A program made the translations under genes and the position numbers. A DNA stretch of 64,000 nt from Eledone cirrhosa (taxonomy: Eukaryota), in assembly GCA_964016885.1 (NCBI GenBank), contig OZ024741.1:12462001-12526000 (forward strand), written 5' to 3'. Positions 30,001 through 45,000 of the stretch are shown piece by piece. Below the pieces are notes generated by a model that ran no database searches, was not told the DNA's origin, and saw only the letters and a program-made list of their open reading frames with translations. Numbering within the stretch: the first letter of the stretch is position 1; every line of letters begins with the position of its first letter.

Positions 30001-33000
30001 TATAGTAGTTTGGGGAGGTATATGACTGTTGGTTTCAGTTTGATATAGTAGTTTGGGGAGGTATATGACAGTTGGTTTCAGTTTGATATAGTTGTTTGGG
30101 GAGGTATATGACTGTAGGATTCAGTTAGATATAGTAGTTATGGGAGGTATAAAACTGTAGGTTTCAGTTAGATATAGTAGTTTGGGGAGGTTTATGACTG
30201 TTGGTTTCAATTAGATATAGTAGTTTGGGGAGGTATATGACTGTTGGTTTCAGTTTGATATAGTAGTTTGGGGAGGTATATGACTGTTGGTTTATGTTTG
30301 ATATAGTAGTTTGGGAGGTATATGACTGTTGGTTTCATTTAGATATAGTAGTTTGGGGAGGTATATGACTGTAAGTTTCAGTTTGATATAGTAGTTTGGG
30401 GAGGTATATGACTGTAGGTTTTAGTTAGATATAGTAGTTTGGGGAGGTATATGACTGTTGGTTTCAGTTATATATAGTAGTTTGGGGAGGTTTATGACTG
30501 TTGGTTTCAGTTAGATATAGTAGTTTGGGGAGGTATATGACTGTAGGTTTCAATTTGATATAGTAGTTTGGGGAGGTATATACTGTAGGTTTCAGTTAGA
30601 TATAGTAGTTTGGGGAGGTATATGACTGTTGGTTTCAGTTAAATAAATTAGTTTGGGGAGGTATATGACTGTTGGTTTCAGTTAGATATAGTAGTTTGGG
30701 GAGGTATATGACTGTAGGTTTCTGTTAGATATAGTAGTTTGGGGAGGTATATGACTGTTGGTTTCAGTTTGATATAGAAGTTTGGGGAGGTATATGACCG
30801 TTCGTTTCAGTTTGACATAGTAGTTTGGGGAGGTATATGACTGTTGGTTTCAGTTAGATTTAGTAGTTTGGGGAGGTATATGACTGTAGGTTTCAGTTAG
30901 ATATAGTAGTTTGGGGAGGTATATGACTGTAGGTTTTAGTTTGATATAGTAGTTTGGGGTGGTATATGTCTGTTGGTTTCAGTTGATATAGTAGTTTGGG
31001 GAGGAATATGACTGTTGGTTTCAGTTAGATATAGTAGTTTGGGGAGGTATATGACTGTTGGTTTCAGTTAGATATAGTAGTTTGGGGAGGTATATGACTG
31101 TTGGTTTCAGTTAGATATAGTAGTTTGGGGAGGTATATGACTGTTGGTTTCAGTTAGATATAGTAGTTTGGTGAGGTATATGACTGTTGGTTTCAGGATG
31201 ATATAGTAGTTTGGGGAGGTATATGACTGTTGGTTTCAGTTTGATATAGTATTTTGGGGAGGTATATGACTGTAGGATTCAGTTAGATATAGTAGTTTGG
31301 GGAGGTATAAAACTGTAGGTTTCAGTTAGATATAGTAGTTTGGGAGGTATATGACTGTTGGTTTCAGTTAGATATAGTAGTCTGGGGAGGTATATGACTG
31401 TAAGTTTCAGTTTGATATAGTAGTTTGGGGAGCTATATAACTGTAGGTTTTAGTTAGATATAGTAGTTTGGGGAGGTATATGACTGTAGGTTTCAGTTAC
31501 ATATAGTAGTTTGGGGAGGTATATGACCATTGGTTTCAGTTAGATATAGTAGTTTGGGGAGGTATATGACTGTAGGTTTCAGTTAGTTATAGAAGTTTGG
31601 GGAGGTATATGACTGTTGGTTTCAATTTGATACAGTAGTTTGGGGAGGTATATGACTGTTGGTTTCAGTTTGATATAGTAGTTTGGGGAGGTATATGACT
31701 GTTGGTTTCAGTTGATATAGTAGTTTGGGGAGGTATATGACTGTAGGTTTCAGTTAGTTATATAAGTTTGGGGTGGTATATGACTGTTGGTTTCAATTTG
31801 ATATAGTAGTTTGGGGAGGTATATGAGTGTTGGTTTCAGTTTGATATAGTAGTTTGGGGAGGTATATGACTGTTGGTTTCAGTTCGAGATAGTAGTTTGG
31901 GGAGGTATATGACTGTTGGTTTCAGTTTGATATAGTAGTCTGGGGTGGTATATGACTGTTGGTTTCAATTTGATATAGTAGTTTGGGGAGGTATATGACT
32001 GTTGGTTTCAGTTTGATATAGTAGTTTGGGGAGGTATATGACTGTAGGATTCAGTTAGATATAGTAGTTTGGGGAGGTATAAAACTGTAGGTTTCAGTTA
32101 GATATAGTAGTTTGGGAGGTATATGACTGTTGGTTTCAGTTAAATATAGTAGTCTGGGGAGGTATATGACTGTAAGTTTCAGTTTGATATAGTAGTTTGG
32201 GGAGCTATATGACTGTAGGTTTTAGTTAGATATAGTAGTTTGGGGAGGTATATGACTGTAGGTTTCAGTTACATATAGTAGTTTGGGGAGGTATATGACC
32301 GTTGGTTTCAGTTAGATATAGTAGTTTGGGGAGGTATATGACTGTAGGTTTCAGTTAGTTATAGAAGTTTGGGGAGGTATATGACTGTTGGTTTCAATTT
32401 GATACAGTAGTTTGGGGAGGTATATGACTGTTGGTTCCAGTTTGATATAGTAGTTTGGGGAGGTATATGACTGTTGGTTTCAGTTGATATAGTAGTTTGG
32501 GGAGGTATATGACTGTAGGTTTCAGTTAGTTATAGAAGTTTGGGGAGGTATATGACTGTTGGTTTCAATTTGATACAGTAGTTTGGGGAGGTATATGACT
32601 GTTGGTTCCAGTTTGATATAGTAGTTTGGGGAGGTATATGACTGTTGGTTTAAGTTTGATATAGTAGTTTGGGGAAGTATATGACTGTTAGTTTCAGTTA
32701 GATATAGTAGTTTGGGGAGGTATATGACTGTAGGTTTCAGTTAGATATAGTAGTTTGGGGAGTTATATGATTGTTGGTTTCAGTTTGATATAGTAGTTTG
32801 GGGAGGTATATGACCGTTGGTTTCAATTAGATATAGTAGTTTGGGAGGTATATGACTGTTGGTTTAAGTTTGATATAGTAGTTTGGGGAGGTATATGACT
32901 GTAGATTTCAGTTTGATATAGTTGTTTGGGGAGGTGTATGACTGTTGGTTTCAGTTAGATATAGTAGTTTGGGGAGGTATTTGACTGTAGGTTTCAGTTA

Positions 33001-36000
33001 GATATAGTAGTTTGGGGAGGTATATGACTGTTGGTTTCAGTTTGATATAGTAGTTTGGGGAGGTATATGACTGTAGGTTTCAGTTAGATATAGTAGTTTG
33101 GGAGGTATATGACTGTTGGTTTCAGTTTGATATAGTAGTTTGGGGAGGTATATGACTGTAGGTTTCAGTTTGATATAGTAGTTTGGGGAGGTATATGACT
33201 GTTGGTTTCAGTTGATATAGTAGTTTGGGGAGGTATATGACTGTTGGTTTAAGTTTGATATAGTAGTTTGGGGAAGTATATGACTGTTGGTTTCAGTTAG
33301 ATATTGTAGTTTGGGGAGGTATATGACTGTAGGTTTCAGTTAGATATAGTAGTTTGGGAGGTATATGACTGTAGGTTTTAGTTTGATATAGTAGTTTGGG
33401 GTGGTATATGTCTGTTGGTTTCAGTTGATATAGTAGTTTGGGGAGGAATATGACTGTTGGTTTCAGTTAGATATAGTAGTTTGGGGAGGTATATGACTGT
33501 TGGTTTCAGTTAGATATAGTAGTTTGGGGAGGTATATGACTGTTGGTTTCAGTTAGATATAGTAGTTTGGGGAGGTATATGACTGTTGGTTTCAGTTAGA
33601 TATAGTAGTTTGGGGAGGTATATGACTGTTGGTTTCAGTTTGATATAGTAGTTTGGGGAGGTATATGACTGTTGGTTTCAGTTTGATATAGTAGTTTGGG
33701 GAGGTATATGACTGTAGGATTCAGTTAGATATAGTAGTTTGGGGAGGTATAAAACTGTAGGTTTCAGTTAGATATAGTAGTTTGGGAGGTATATGACTGT
33801 TGGTTTCAGTTAGATATAGTAGTCTGGGGAGGTATATGACTGTAGGTTTTAGTTAGATATAGTAGTTTGGGGAGGTATATGACTGTTGGTTTCAGTTATA
33901 TATAGTAGTTTGGGCAGGTATATGACTGTTGGTTTCAGTTAGATATAGTAGTTTGGGGAGGTATATGACAGTAGGTTTCAATTTGATATAGTAGTTTGGG
34001 GAGGTATATACTGTAGGTTTCAGTTACATATAGTAGTTTGGGGAGGTATATGACCGTTGGTTTCAGTTAGATATAGTAGTTTGGGGAGGTATATGACTGT
34101 AGGTTTCAGTTAGTTATAGAAGTTTGGGGAGGTATATGACTGTTGGTTTCAATTTGATACAGTAGTTTGGGGAGGTATATGACTGTTGGTTTCAGTTTGA
34201 TATAGTAGTTTGGGGAGGTATATGACTGTTTGTTTCAGTTGATATAGTAGTTTGGGGAGGTATATGACTGTAGGTTTCAGTTAGTTATATAAGTTTGGGG
34301 TGGTATATGACTGTTGGTTTCAATTTGATATAGTAGTTTGGGGAGGTATATGACTGTTGGTTTCAGTTTGATATAGTAGTTTGGGGAGGTATATGACTGT
34401 TGGTTTCAGTTTGACATAGTAGTTTGGGGAGGTATATGACTGTTGGTTTCAGTTAGATTTAGTAGTTTGGGGAGGTATATGACTGTAGGTTTCAGTTAGA
34501 TATAGTAGTTTGGGGAGGTATATGACTGTTGGTTTTAGTTTGACATAGTAGTTTGGGGAGGTATATGACTGTTGGTTTCAATTTGATATAGTAGTTTGGG
34601 GAGGTATATGACTGTTGGTTTCAGTTAGATATAGTAGTTTGGGGAGGTATATGACCGTTGGTTTCAGTTAGATATAGTAGTTTGGGGAGGTATATGACTG
34701 TTGGTTTCAGTTAGATATAGTAGTTTGGGGAGGTATATGTCTGTTGGTTTCAGTTGATATAGTAGTTTGGGGAAGTATATGACTGTTGGTTTAAGTTTGA
34801 TATAGTAGTTTGGGGAAGTATATGACTGTTGGTTTCAGTTAGATATAGTAGTTTGGAGAGGTATATGACTGTAGGTTTCAGTTAGATATAGTAGTTTGGG
34901 GAGTTATATGATTGTTGGTTTCAGTTTGATATAGTAGTTTGGGGAGGTATATGACCGTTGGTTTCAATTAGATATAGTAGTTTGGGAGGTATATGACTGT
35001 TGGTTTAAGTTTGATATAGTAGTTTGGGGAGTTATATGACTGTAGATTTCAGTTTGATATAGTTGTTTGGGGAGGTGTATGACTGTTGGTTTCAGTTAGA
35101 TATAGTAGTTTGGGGAGGTATTTGACTGTAAGTTTCAGTTAGATATAGTAGTTTGGGGAGGTATATGACTGTTGGTTTAAGTTTGATATAGTAGTTTGGG
35201 GAGGTATATGACTGTAGGTTTCAGTTAGATATAGTAGTTTGGGAGGTATATGACTGTTGGTTTCAGTTTGATATAGTAGTTTGGGGAGGTATATGACTGT
35301 AGGTTTCAGTTTGATATAGTAGTTTGGGGAGGTATATGACTGTTGGTTTAAGTTTGATATATTAGTTTGGGGAAGTATATGACTGTTGGTTTCAGTTAGA
35401 TATTGTAGTTTGGGGAGGTATATGACTGTAGGTTTCAGTTAGATATAGTAGTTTGGGAGGTATATGACTGTTGGTTTCAGTTTGATATAGTAGTTTGGGG
35501 AGGTATATGACTGTAGGTTTCAGTTTGATATAGTAGTTTGGGGGGGTATATGACTGTTGGTTTCAGTTAGATATAGTTGTTTGGGGAGGTATATGACTGT
35601 TGGTTTAAGTTTGATATAGTAGTTTGGGGAGGTATATGACTGTAGTATTCAGTTAGATATAGTAGTTTGGGAGGTATATGACTGTTGGTTTAAGTTTGAT
35701 ATAGCAGTTTGGGGAGGTATATGACTGTTGGTTTCAGTTAGATATAGTAGTTTGGGGAGTTATATGAGTGTAGGTTTCAGTTAGATATAGTAGTTTAGGA
35801 GGTATATGACTGTTGGTTTCAGTTAGATATAGTAGTTTGGGGATGTATATGACTGTTGGTTTCAGTTAGATATAGTAGTTTGTGGAGGTATATGACTGTT
35901 GGTTTCAGTTTGATATAGTACTTTGGGGAGGTATATGACTGTTGGTTTCAGTTTGATATAGTAGTTTGGGGAGGTATATGACCGTTGGTTTCAGTTTGAT

Positions 36001-39000
36001 ATAGGAGTTTGGGGAGGTATATGACTATTGGTTTCAGTTATATATAGTAGTTTGGGGAGGTATATGACTGTTGGATTCAGTTGATATAGGAGTTTGGGGA
36101 GGTATATGACTATTGGTTTCAGTTATATATAGTAGTTTGGGGAGGTATATCACTGTTGGTTTCAGTTAGATATAGTAGTTTGGGGAGGTATATGACTGTT
36201 GGTTTCAGTTTGATATAGTAGTTTGGGGAGGTATATGACTGTTGGTTTCAGTTAGATATAGTAGTTTGGGGAGGTATATGACTGTTGGTTTCAGTTTGAT
36301 ATAGTAGTTTGGGGAGGTATATGACTGTTGGTTTCAGTTGATATAGTAGTTAGGGGAGGTATATGACTGTAGGTTTCAGTTAGTTATATAAGTTTGGGGA
36401 GGTATATGACTGTTGGTTTCAATTTGATATAGTAGTTTGGGGAGTTATATGACTGTTGGTTTCAGTTAGATATAGTAGTTTGGGGAGGTATATGTCTGTT
36501 GGTTTCAGTTGATATAGTAGTTTGGGGAGGTATATCACTGTTGGTTTAAGTTTGATATAGTAGTTTGGGGAAGTATATGACTGTTGGTTTCAGTTAGATG
36601 TAGTAGTTTGGGGAGGTATATGACTGTTGGTTTCAGTTAGATATAGTAGTTTGGGGAGGTATATGACTGTTGGTTTCAGTTTGATATAGTAGTTTGGGGA
36701 GGTATATGACTGTTGGTTTCAGTTTGATATAGTAGTTTGGGGAGGTATATGACTGTAGGATTCAGTTTATATAGTAGTCTGGGGAGGTATATAACTGTAG
36801 GTTTCAGTTAGATATAGTAGTTTGGGAGGCATATGACTGTTGGTTTCAGTTAGATATAGTAGTCTGGGGAGGTATATGACTGTAAGTTTCAGTTTGATAT
36901 AGTAGTTTGGGGAGGTATATGACTGTAGGATTTAGTTAGATATAGTAGTTTGGGGAGGTATATGACTGTTGGTTTCAGTTTGATATAGTAGTTTGGGGAG
37001 GTATATGACTGTAGTTTTCAGTTAGATGTAGTAGTTTGGGGAGGTATATGACTGTTGGTTTCAGTTTGATATAGTAGTTTGTGGAGGTATATGACTGTAG
37101 GTTTCAGTTAGATATAGTAGTTTGGGGAGGTATATGACTGTTGGTTTCACTTTGATATAGTAGTTTGGGGAGGTATATGACTGTTGGTTTCAGTTTGATA
37201 TAGTAGTTTGGGGAGGTATATGACAGTTCGTTTCAGTTTGATATAGTAGTTCGGGGAGGTATATGACAGTTCGTTTCAGTTTGATATAGTAGTTTGGGGA
37301 GGTATATGACTGTTGGTTTCAGTTTGATATAGTAGTTTGGGGAGGTATATGACTTTTGGTTTCAGTTAGACATAGTAGTTTGGGGAGGTATATGACTGTA
37401 GGTTTCAGTTTGATATAGTAGTTTTGGTAGGTATATGACTGTTTGTTTCAGTTTGAAATAGTAATTTGGGGAGGTATATGACTGTTGGTTTCAGTTTGAT
37501 ATAGTAGTTTGGGGAGGTATATGACTGTTGGATTCAGTTTGTTATAGTAGTTTGGGGAGGTATATGACTGTTGGTTTCAGTTAGATATAGTAGTTTGGGG
37601 AGGTATATGACAGTAGGTTTCAATTTGATATAGTAGTTTGGGGAGGTATATACTGTAGGTTTCAGTTACATATAGTAGTTTGGGGAGGTATATGACCGTT
37701 GGTTTCAGTTAGATATAGTAGTTTGGGGAGGTATATGACTGTAGGTTTCAGTTAGTTATAGAAGTTTGGGGAGGTATATGACTGTTGGTTTCAATTTGAT
37801 ACAGTAGTTTGGGGAGGTATATGACTGTTGGTTTCAGTTTGATATAGCAGTTTGGGGAGGTATATGACTGCTGGTTTCAGTTAGATATAGTAGTTTGGGG
37901 AGGTATATGAGTGTAGGTTTCAGTTAGATATAGTAGTTTGGGAGGTATATGACTGTTGGTTTCAGTTTGATATAATAGTTTGGGGAGGTATATGACTGTA
38001 GGTTTCAGTTTGATATAGTAGTTTGGGGAGGTATATGACTGTTGGTTTCAGTTTGATATAGTAGTTTGGGGAGGTATATGACTGTTGGTTTCAGTTAGAT
38101 ATAGTATTTTGGGGAGGTATATGACTGTTGGTTTCAATTAGATATAGTAGTTTGGGGATGTATATGACTGTTGGTTTCAGTTAGATATAGTAGTTGGGGA
38201 GGTATATGACTGTTGGTTTCAGTTAGATATAGTAGTTTGTGGAGGTATATGACTGTTGGTTTCAGTTTGATATAGTAGTTTGGGGAGGTATATGACTGTT
38301 GGTTTCAGTTTGATATAGTAGTTTGGGGAGGTATATGACCGTTGGTTTCAGTTTGATATAGGAGTTTGGGGAGGTATATGACTATTGGTTTCAGTTATAT
38401 ATAGTAGTTTGGGTAGGTATATGACTGTTGGATTCAGTTGATATAGGAGTTTGGGGAGGTATATGACTGTTGGTTTCAGATAGATATAGTAGTTTGGGGA
38501 GGTATATGACTGTTGGTTTCAGTTAGATATAGTAGTTTGGGGAGGTATATGACTGTTGGTTTCAGTTTGATATAGTAGTTTGGGGAGGTATATGACTGTT
38601 GGTTTCAGTTAGATATAGTAGTTTGGGGAGGTATATGACTGTTGGTTTCAGTTTGATATAGTAGTTTGGGGAGGTATATGACTGTTGGTTTCAGTTAGAT
38701 ATAGTTGTTTGGGGAGGTATATGACTGTTGGTTTCAGTTTGATATAGTAGTTTGGGGAGGTATATGACTGTTGGTTTCAGTTGATATAGTAGTTTGGGGA
38801 GGTATATGACTGTAGGTTTCAGTTAGTTATATAAGTTTGGGGAGGTATATGACTGTTGGTTTCAATTTGATATAGTAGTTTGGGGAGTTATATGACTGTT
38901 GGTTTCAGTTAGATATAGTAGTTTGGGGAAGTATATGACTGTTGGTTTCAGTTAGATGTAGTAGTTTGGGGAGGTATATGACTGTTGGTTTCAGTTAGAT

Positions 39001-42000
39001 ATAGTAGTTTGGGGAGGTATATGACTGTTGGTTTCAGTTTGATATAGTAGTTTGGGGAGGTATATGACTGTTGGTTTCAGTTTGATATAGTAGTTTGGGG
39101 AGGTATATGACTGTAGGATTCAGTTTATATAGTAGTTTGGGGAGGTATATAACTGTAGGTTTCAGTTAGATATAGTAGTTTGGGAGGTATATGACTGTTG
39201 GTTTCTGTTAGATATAGTAGTCTGGGGAGGTATATGACTGTAAGTTTCAGTTTGATATAGTAGTTTGGGGAGGTATATGACTGTAGGTTTTAGTTAGATA
39301 TAGTAGTTTGGGGAGGTATATGACTGTTGGTTTCAGTTTGATATAGTAGTTTGGGGAGGTATATGACTGTAGTTTTCAGTTAGATGTAGTAGTTTGGGGA
39401 GGTATATGACTGTTGGTTTCAGTTTGATATAGTAGTTTGGGGAGGTATATGACTGTAGGTTTCAGTTAGATATAGTAGTTTGGGGAGGTATATGACTGTT
39501 GGTTTCACTTTGATATAGTAGTTTGGGGAGGTATATGACTGTTGGTTTCAGTTTGATATAGTAGTTTGGGGAGGTATATGACAGTTCGTTTCAGTTTGAT
39601 ATAGTAGTTCGGGGAGGTATATGACAGTTCGTTTCAGTTTGATATAGTTGTTTGGGGAGGTATATGACTGTTGGTTTCAGTTTGATATAGTAGTTTGGGG
39701 AGGTATATGACTTTTGGTTTCAGTTAGACATAGTAGTTTGGGGAGGTATATGACTGTTGGTTTCAGTTTGATATAGTAGTTTTGGTAGGTATATGACTGT
39801 TTGTTTCAGTTTGAAATAGTAATTTGGGGAGGTATATGACTGTTGGTTTCAGTTTGATATAGTAGTTTGGGGAGGTATATGACTGTTGGTTTCAGTTTGT
39901 TATAGTAGTTTGGGGAGGTATATGACTGTTGGTTTCAGTTAGATATAGTAGTTTGGGGAGGTATATGACTGTAGGTTTCAGTTAGTTATATTAGTTTGGG
40001 GAGGTATATGACTGTAGGTTTCATTTAGTTATAGTAGTTTGGGGAGGTATATGACTGTAAGTTTCAGTTAGATATAGTAGTTTGAGGAGGTATATGACTG
40101 TTGGTTTCAGTTAGATATAGTAGTTTGGGGAGGTATATGACTGTTGGTTTCATTTAGATATAGTAGTTTGGGGAGGTATATGACTGTTGGTTTCAGTTTG
40201 ATATAGTAGTTTGGGGAGGTATATGACTGTTGGTTTCAGTTTGATATAGTAGTTTGGGGAGGTATATGACTGTAGGATTCAGTTAGATATAGTAGTTATG
40301 GGAGGTATAAAACTCTAGGTTTCAGTTAGATATAGTAGTTTGGGGAGGTATATGACTGTTGGTTTCAGTTATATATAGTAGTTTGGGGAGGTATATGACT
40401 GTTGGTTTCAGTTAGATATAGTAGTTTGGGGAGGTATATGACTGTAAGTTTCAATTTGATATAGTAGTTTGGGGAGGTATATGACTGTAGGTTTTAGTTA
40501 GATATAGTAGTTTGGGGAGGTATATGACTGTTGGTTTCAGTTATATATAGTAGTTTGGGGAGGTATATGAGTGTTGGTTTCAGTTAGATATAGTAGTTTG
40601 GGGAGGTATATGACTGTAGGTTTCAATTTGATATAGTAGTTTGGGGAGGTATATACTGTAGGATTCAGTTAGATATAGTAGTTTGGGGAGGTATATGACT
40701 GTTGCTTTCAGTTAGATAAAGTAGTTTGGGGAGGTATATGACTGTTGGTTTCAGTTAGATATAGTAGTTTGGGGAGGTATGTGACTGTAGGTTTCAGTTA
40801 GTTATAGAAGTTTGGGGAGGTATATGACTGTTGGTTTCAATTTGATATAGTAAGGTGGGGAGGTATATGACTGTTGGTTTCAGTTAGATTTAGTAGTTTG
40901 GGGAGGTATATGACTGTAGGTTTCAGTTAGATATAGTAGTTTGGGGAGGTATATGACTGTAGGTTTTAGTTTAATATAGTAGTTTGGGGTGGTATATGTC
41001 TGTTGGTTTCAGTTGATATAGTAGTTTGGGGAGGAATATGACTGTTGGTTTCAGTTAGATATAGTAGTTTGGGGAGGTATATGACTGTTGGTTTCAGTTA
41101 GATATAGTAGTTTGGGGAGGTATATGACTGTTGGTTTCAGTTAGATATAGTAGTTTGGGGAGGTATATGACTGTTGGTTTCAGTTAGATATAGTTGTTTG
41201 GGGAGGTATATGACTGTTGGTTTCAGTTTGATATAGTAGTTTGGGGAGGTATATGACTGTTGGTTTCAGTTTGATATAGTAGTTTGGGGAGGTATATGAC
41301 TGTAGTATTCAGTTAGATATAGTAGTTTGGGAGGTATATGACTGTTGGTTTAAGTTTGATATAGTAGTTTGCGGTGGTTTATGACTATTGGTTTCAGTTA
41401 GATATAGTAGTTTGGGGAGGTATATGACTGTTGCTTTCAGTTTGATATAGTAGTTTGGGGAGGTATGTGACCGTTGGTTTCAGTTTGATATAGTAGTTTG
41501 GGGTGGTTTATGACTATTGGTTTCAGTTAGATATAGTAGTTTGGGGAGGTATATGACTGTTGGTTTCTGTTGATATAGTGGTTTGGGGAGGTATATGACC
41601 GTAGGTTTCATTTAGATATAGTAGTTTGGGGAGGTATAGACTGTTGGTTTCAGTTTGATATAGTAGTTTAGGGAGGTATATGACTATTGGTTTCAGTTAG
41701 ATATAGTAGTTTGGGGAGGTATATGACTGTTGGTTTCAGTTTGATATAGTAGTTTGGGGAGGTATATGACTATTGGTTTCAGTTAGATATAGTAGTTTGG
41801 GGAGGTATATGACTGTTGGTTTCAGTTAGATATAGTAGTTTGGGGAGGTATATGACTGTTGGTTTCAGTTTGATATAGTAGTTTGGGGAGGTATATGACT
41901 GTTGGTTTCAGTTTGATATAGTACCTTGGGGAGGTATATGACTGTTGGTTTCAGTTAGATATAGTAGTTTGGGGAGGTATGTGACCGTTGGTTTCAGTTT

Positions 42001-45000
42001 GATATAGTAGTTTGGGGTGGTTTATGACTATTGGTTTCAGTTAGATATAGTAGTTTGGGGAGGTATATGACTGTTGGTTTCAGTTAGATATAGTAGTTTG
42101 GGGAGGTATATGACTGTTGGTTTCAGTTTGATATAGTAGTTTGGGGAGGTATATGACTGTTGTTTTCAGTTTGATATAGTAGTTTGGGGAGGTATATGAC
42201 TGTTGGTTTCAGTTTGGTATAGTAGTTTTGGGGAGGTACATGACTGTAGGTTTCAGTTTGATATAGTAGTTTTGGGTAGGTATATGACTGTAGGTTTCAG
42301 TTTGATATAGTAGTTTGGGGAGGTATATGACTGTAGGTTTCAGTTTGTCATAGTAGTTTGGGGAGGTATATGACTGTAGGTTTCAGTTTGATATAGTAGT
42401 TTGGGGAGGTATATGACAGTTGGTTTCAATTTGATATAGTAGGTTGGGGAGGTATATGACTGTAGGTTTCAGTTTGACATAGTAGTTTGGGGAGGTATAT
42501 GACTGTTGGTTTCAGTTTGATATAGTATTTTGGGGAGGTATATGACTGTTGGTTTCAGTTTGATATAGTAGTTTGGGGAGGTATATGACTGTTGGTTTCA
42601 GTTTGATATAGTATTTTATGGAGGTATATGACTGTAGGTTTCAGTTTGACATAGTAGTTTGGGGAGGTATATGACTATTGGTTTCAGTTAGATATAGTAG
42701 TTTGAGGAGGTATATGACTGTTGGTGTCAGTTAGATATAGTAGTTTGGGGAGGTGTGTGACCGTTGGTTTCAGTTTGATATAGTAGTTTGGGGAGGTATA
42801 TGACTGTTGGTTTCAGTTAGATATGGTAGTTTGGGGAGGTATATGACTGTTGGTTTCAGTTTGATATAGTAGTTTGGGGAGGTATATGACTGTTGTTTTC
42901 AGTTTGATATAGTAGTTTGGGGAGGTATATGACTGTTGGTTTCAGTTTGGTATAGTAGTTTTGGGGAGGTACATGACTGTAGGTTTCAGTTTGATATAGT
43001 AGTTTGGGGAGGTATATGATTGTAGGTTTCAGTTTCACATAGTAGTTTGGGGAGGTATATGACTGTTGGTTTCAGTTTGATATAGTAGTTTGGGGAGGTA
43101 TATGTCTGTTGGTTTCAGTTGATATAGTAGTTTGGGGAGGTATATCACTGTTGGTTTAAGTTTGATATAGTAGTTTGGGGAAGTATATGACTGTTGGTTT
43201 CAGTTAGATGTAGTAGTTTGGGGAGGTATATGACTGTTGGTTTCAGTTAGATATAGTAGTTTGGGGAGGTATATGACTGTTGGTTTCAGTTTGATATAGT
43301 AGTTTGGGGAGGTATATGACTGTTGGTTTCAGTTTGATATAGTAGTTTGGGGAGGTATATGACTGTAGGATTCAGTTTATATAGTAGTCTGGGGAGGTAT
43401 ATAACTGTAGGTTTCAGTTAGATATAGTAGTTTGGGAGGCATATGACTGTTGGTTTCAGTTAGATATAGTAGTCTGGGGAGGTATATGACTGTAAGTTTC
43501 AGTTTGATATAGTAGTTTGGGGAGGTATATGACTGTAGGATTTAGTTAGATATAGTAGTTTGGGGAGGTATATGACTGTTGGTTTCAGTTTGATATAGTA
43601 GTTTGGGGAGGTATATGACTGTAGTTTTCAGTTAGATGTAGTAGTTTGGGGAGGTATATGACTGTTGGTTTCAGTTTGATATAGTAGTTTGTGGAGGTAT
43701 ATGACTGTAGGTTTCAGTTAGATATAGTAGTTTGGGGAGGTATATGACTGTTGGTTTCACTTTGATATAGTAGTTTGGGGAGGTATATGACTGTTGGTTT
43801 CAGTTTGATATAGTAGTTTGGGGAGGTATATGACAGTTCGTTTCAGTTTGATATAGTAGTTCGGGGAGGTATATGACAGTTCGTTTCAGTTTGATATAGT
43901 AGTTTGGGGAGGTATATGACTGTTGGTTTCAGTTTGATATAGTAGTTTGGGGAGGTATATGACTTTTGGTTTCAGTTAGACATAGTAGTTTGGGGAGGTA
44001 TATGACTGTAGGTTTCAGTTTGATATAGTAGTTTTGGTAGGTATATGACTGTTTGTTTCAGTTTGAAATAGTAATTTGGGGAGGTATATGACTGTTGGTT
44101 TCAGTTTGATATAGTAGTTTGGGGAGGTATATGACTGTTGGATTCAGTTTGTTATAGTAGTTTGGGGAGGTATATGACTGTTGGTTTCAGTTAGATATAG
44201 TAGTTTGGGGAGGTATATGACAGTAGGTTTCAATTTGATATAGTAGTTTGGGGAGGTATATACTGTAGGTTTCAGTTACATATAGTAGTTTGGGGAGGTA
44301 TATGACCGTTGGTTTCAGTTAGATATAGTAGTTTGGGGAGGTATATGACTGTAGGTTTCAGTTAGTTATAGAAGTTTGGGGAGGTATATGACTGTTGGTT
44401 TCAATTTGATACAGTAGTTTGGGGAGGTATATGACTGTTGGTTTCAGTTTGATATAGCAGTTTGGGGAGGTATATGACTGCTGGTTTCAGTTAGATATAG
44501 TAGTTTGGGGAGGTATATGAGTGTAGGTTTCAGTTAGATATAGTAGTTTGGGAGGTATATGACTGTTGGTTTCAGTTTGATATAGTAGTTTGGGGAGGTA
44601 TATGACTGTAGGTTTCAGTTTGATATAGTAGTTTGGGGAGGTATATGACTGTTGGTTTCAGTTTGATATAGTAGTTTGGGGAGGTATATGACTGTTGGTT
44701 TCAGTTAGATATAGTATTTTGGGGAGGTATATGACTGTTGGTTTCAATTAGATATAGTAGTTTGGGGATGTATATGACTGTTGGTTTCAGTTAGATATAG
44801 TAGTTGGGGAGGTATATGACTGTTGGTTTCAGTTAGATATAGTAGTTTGTGGAGGTATATGACTGTTGGTTTCAGTTTGATATAGTAGTTTGGGGAGGTA
44901 TATGACTGTTGGTTTCAGTTTGATATAGTAGTTTGGGGAGGTATATGACCGTTGGTTTCAGTTTGATATAGGAGTTTGGGGAGGTATATGACTATTGGTT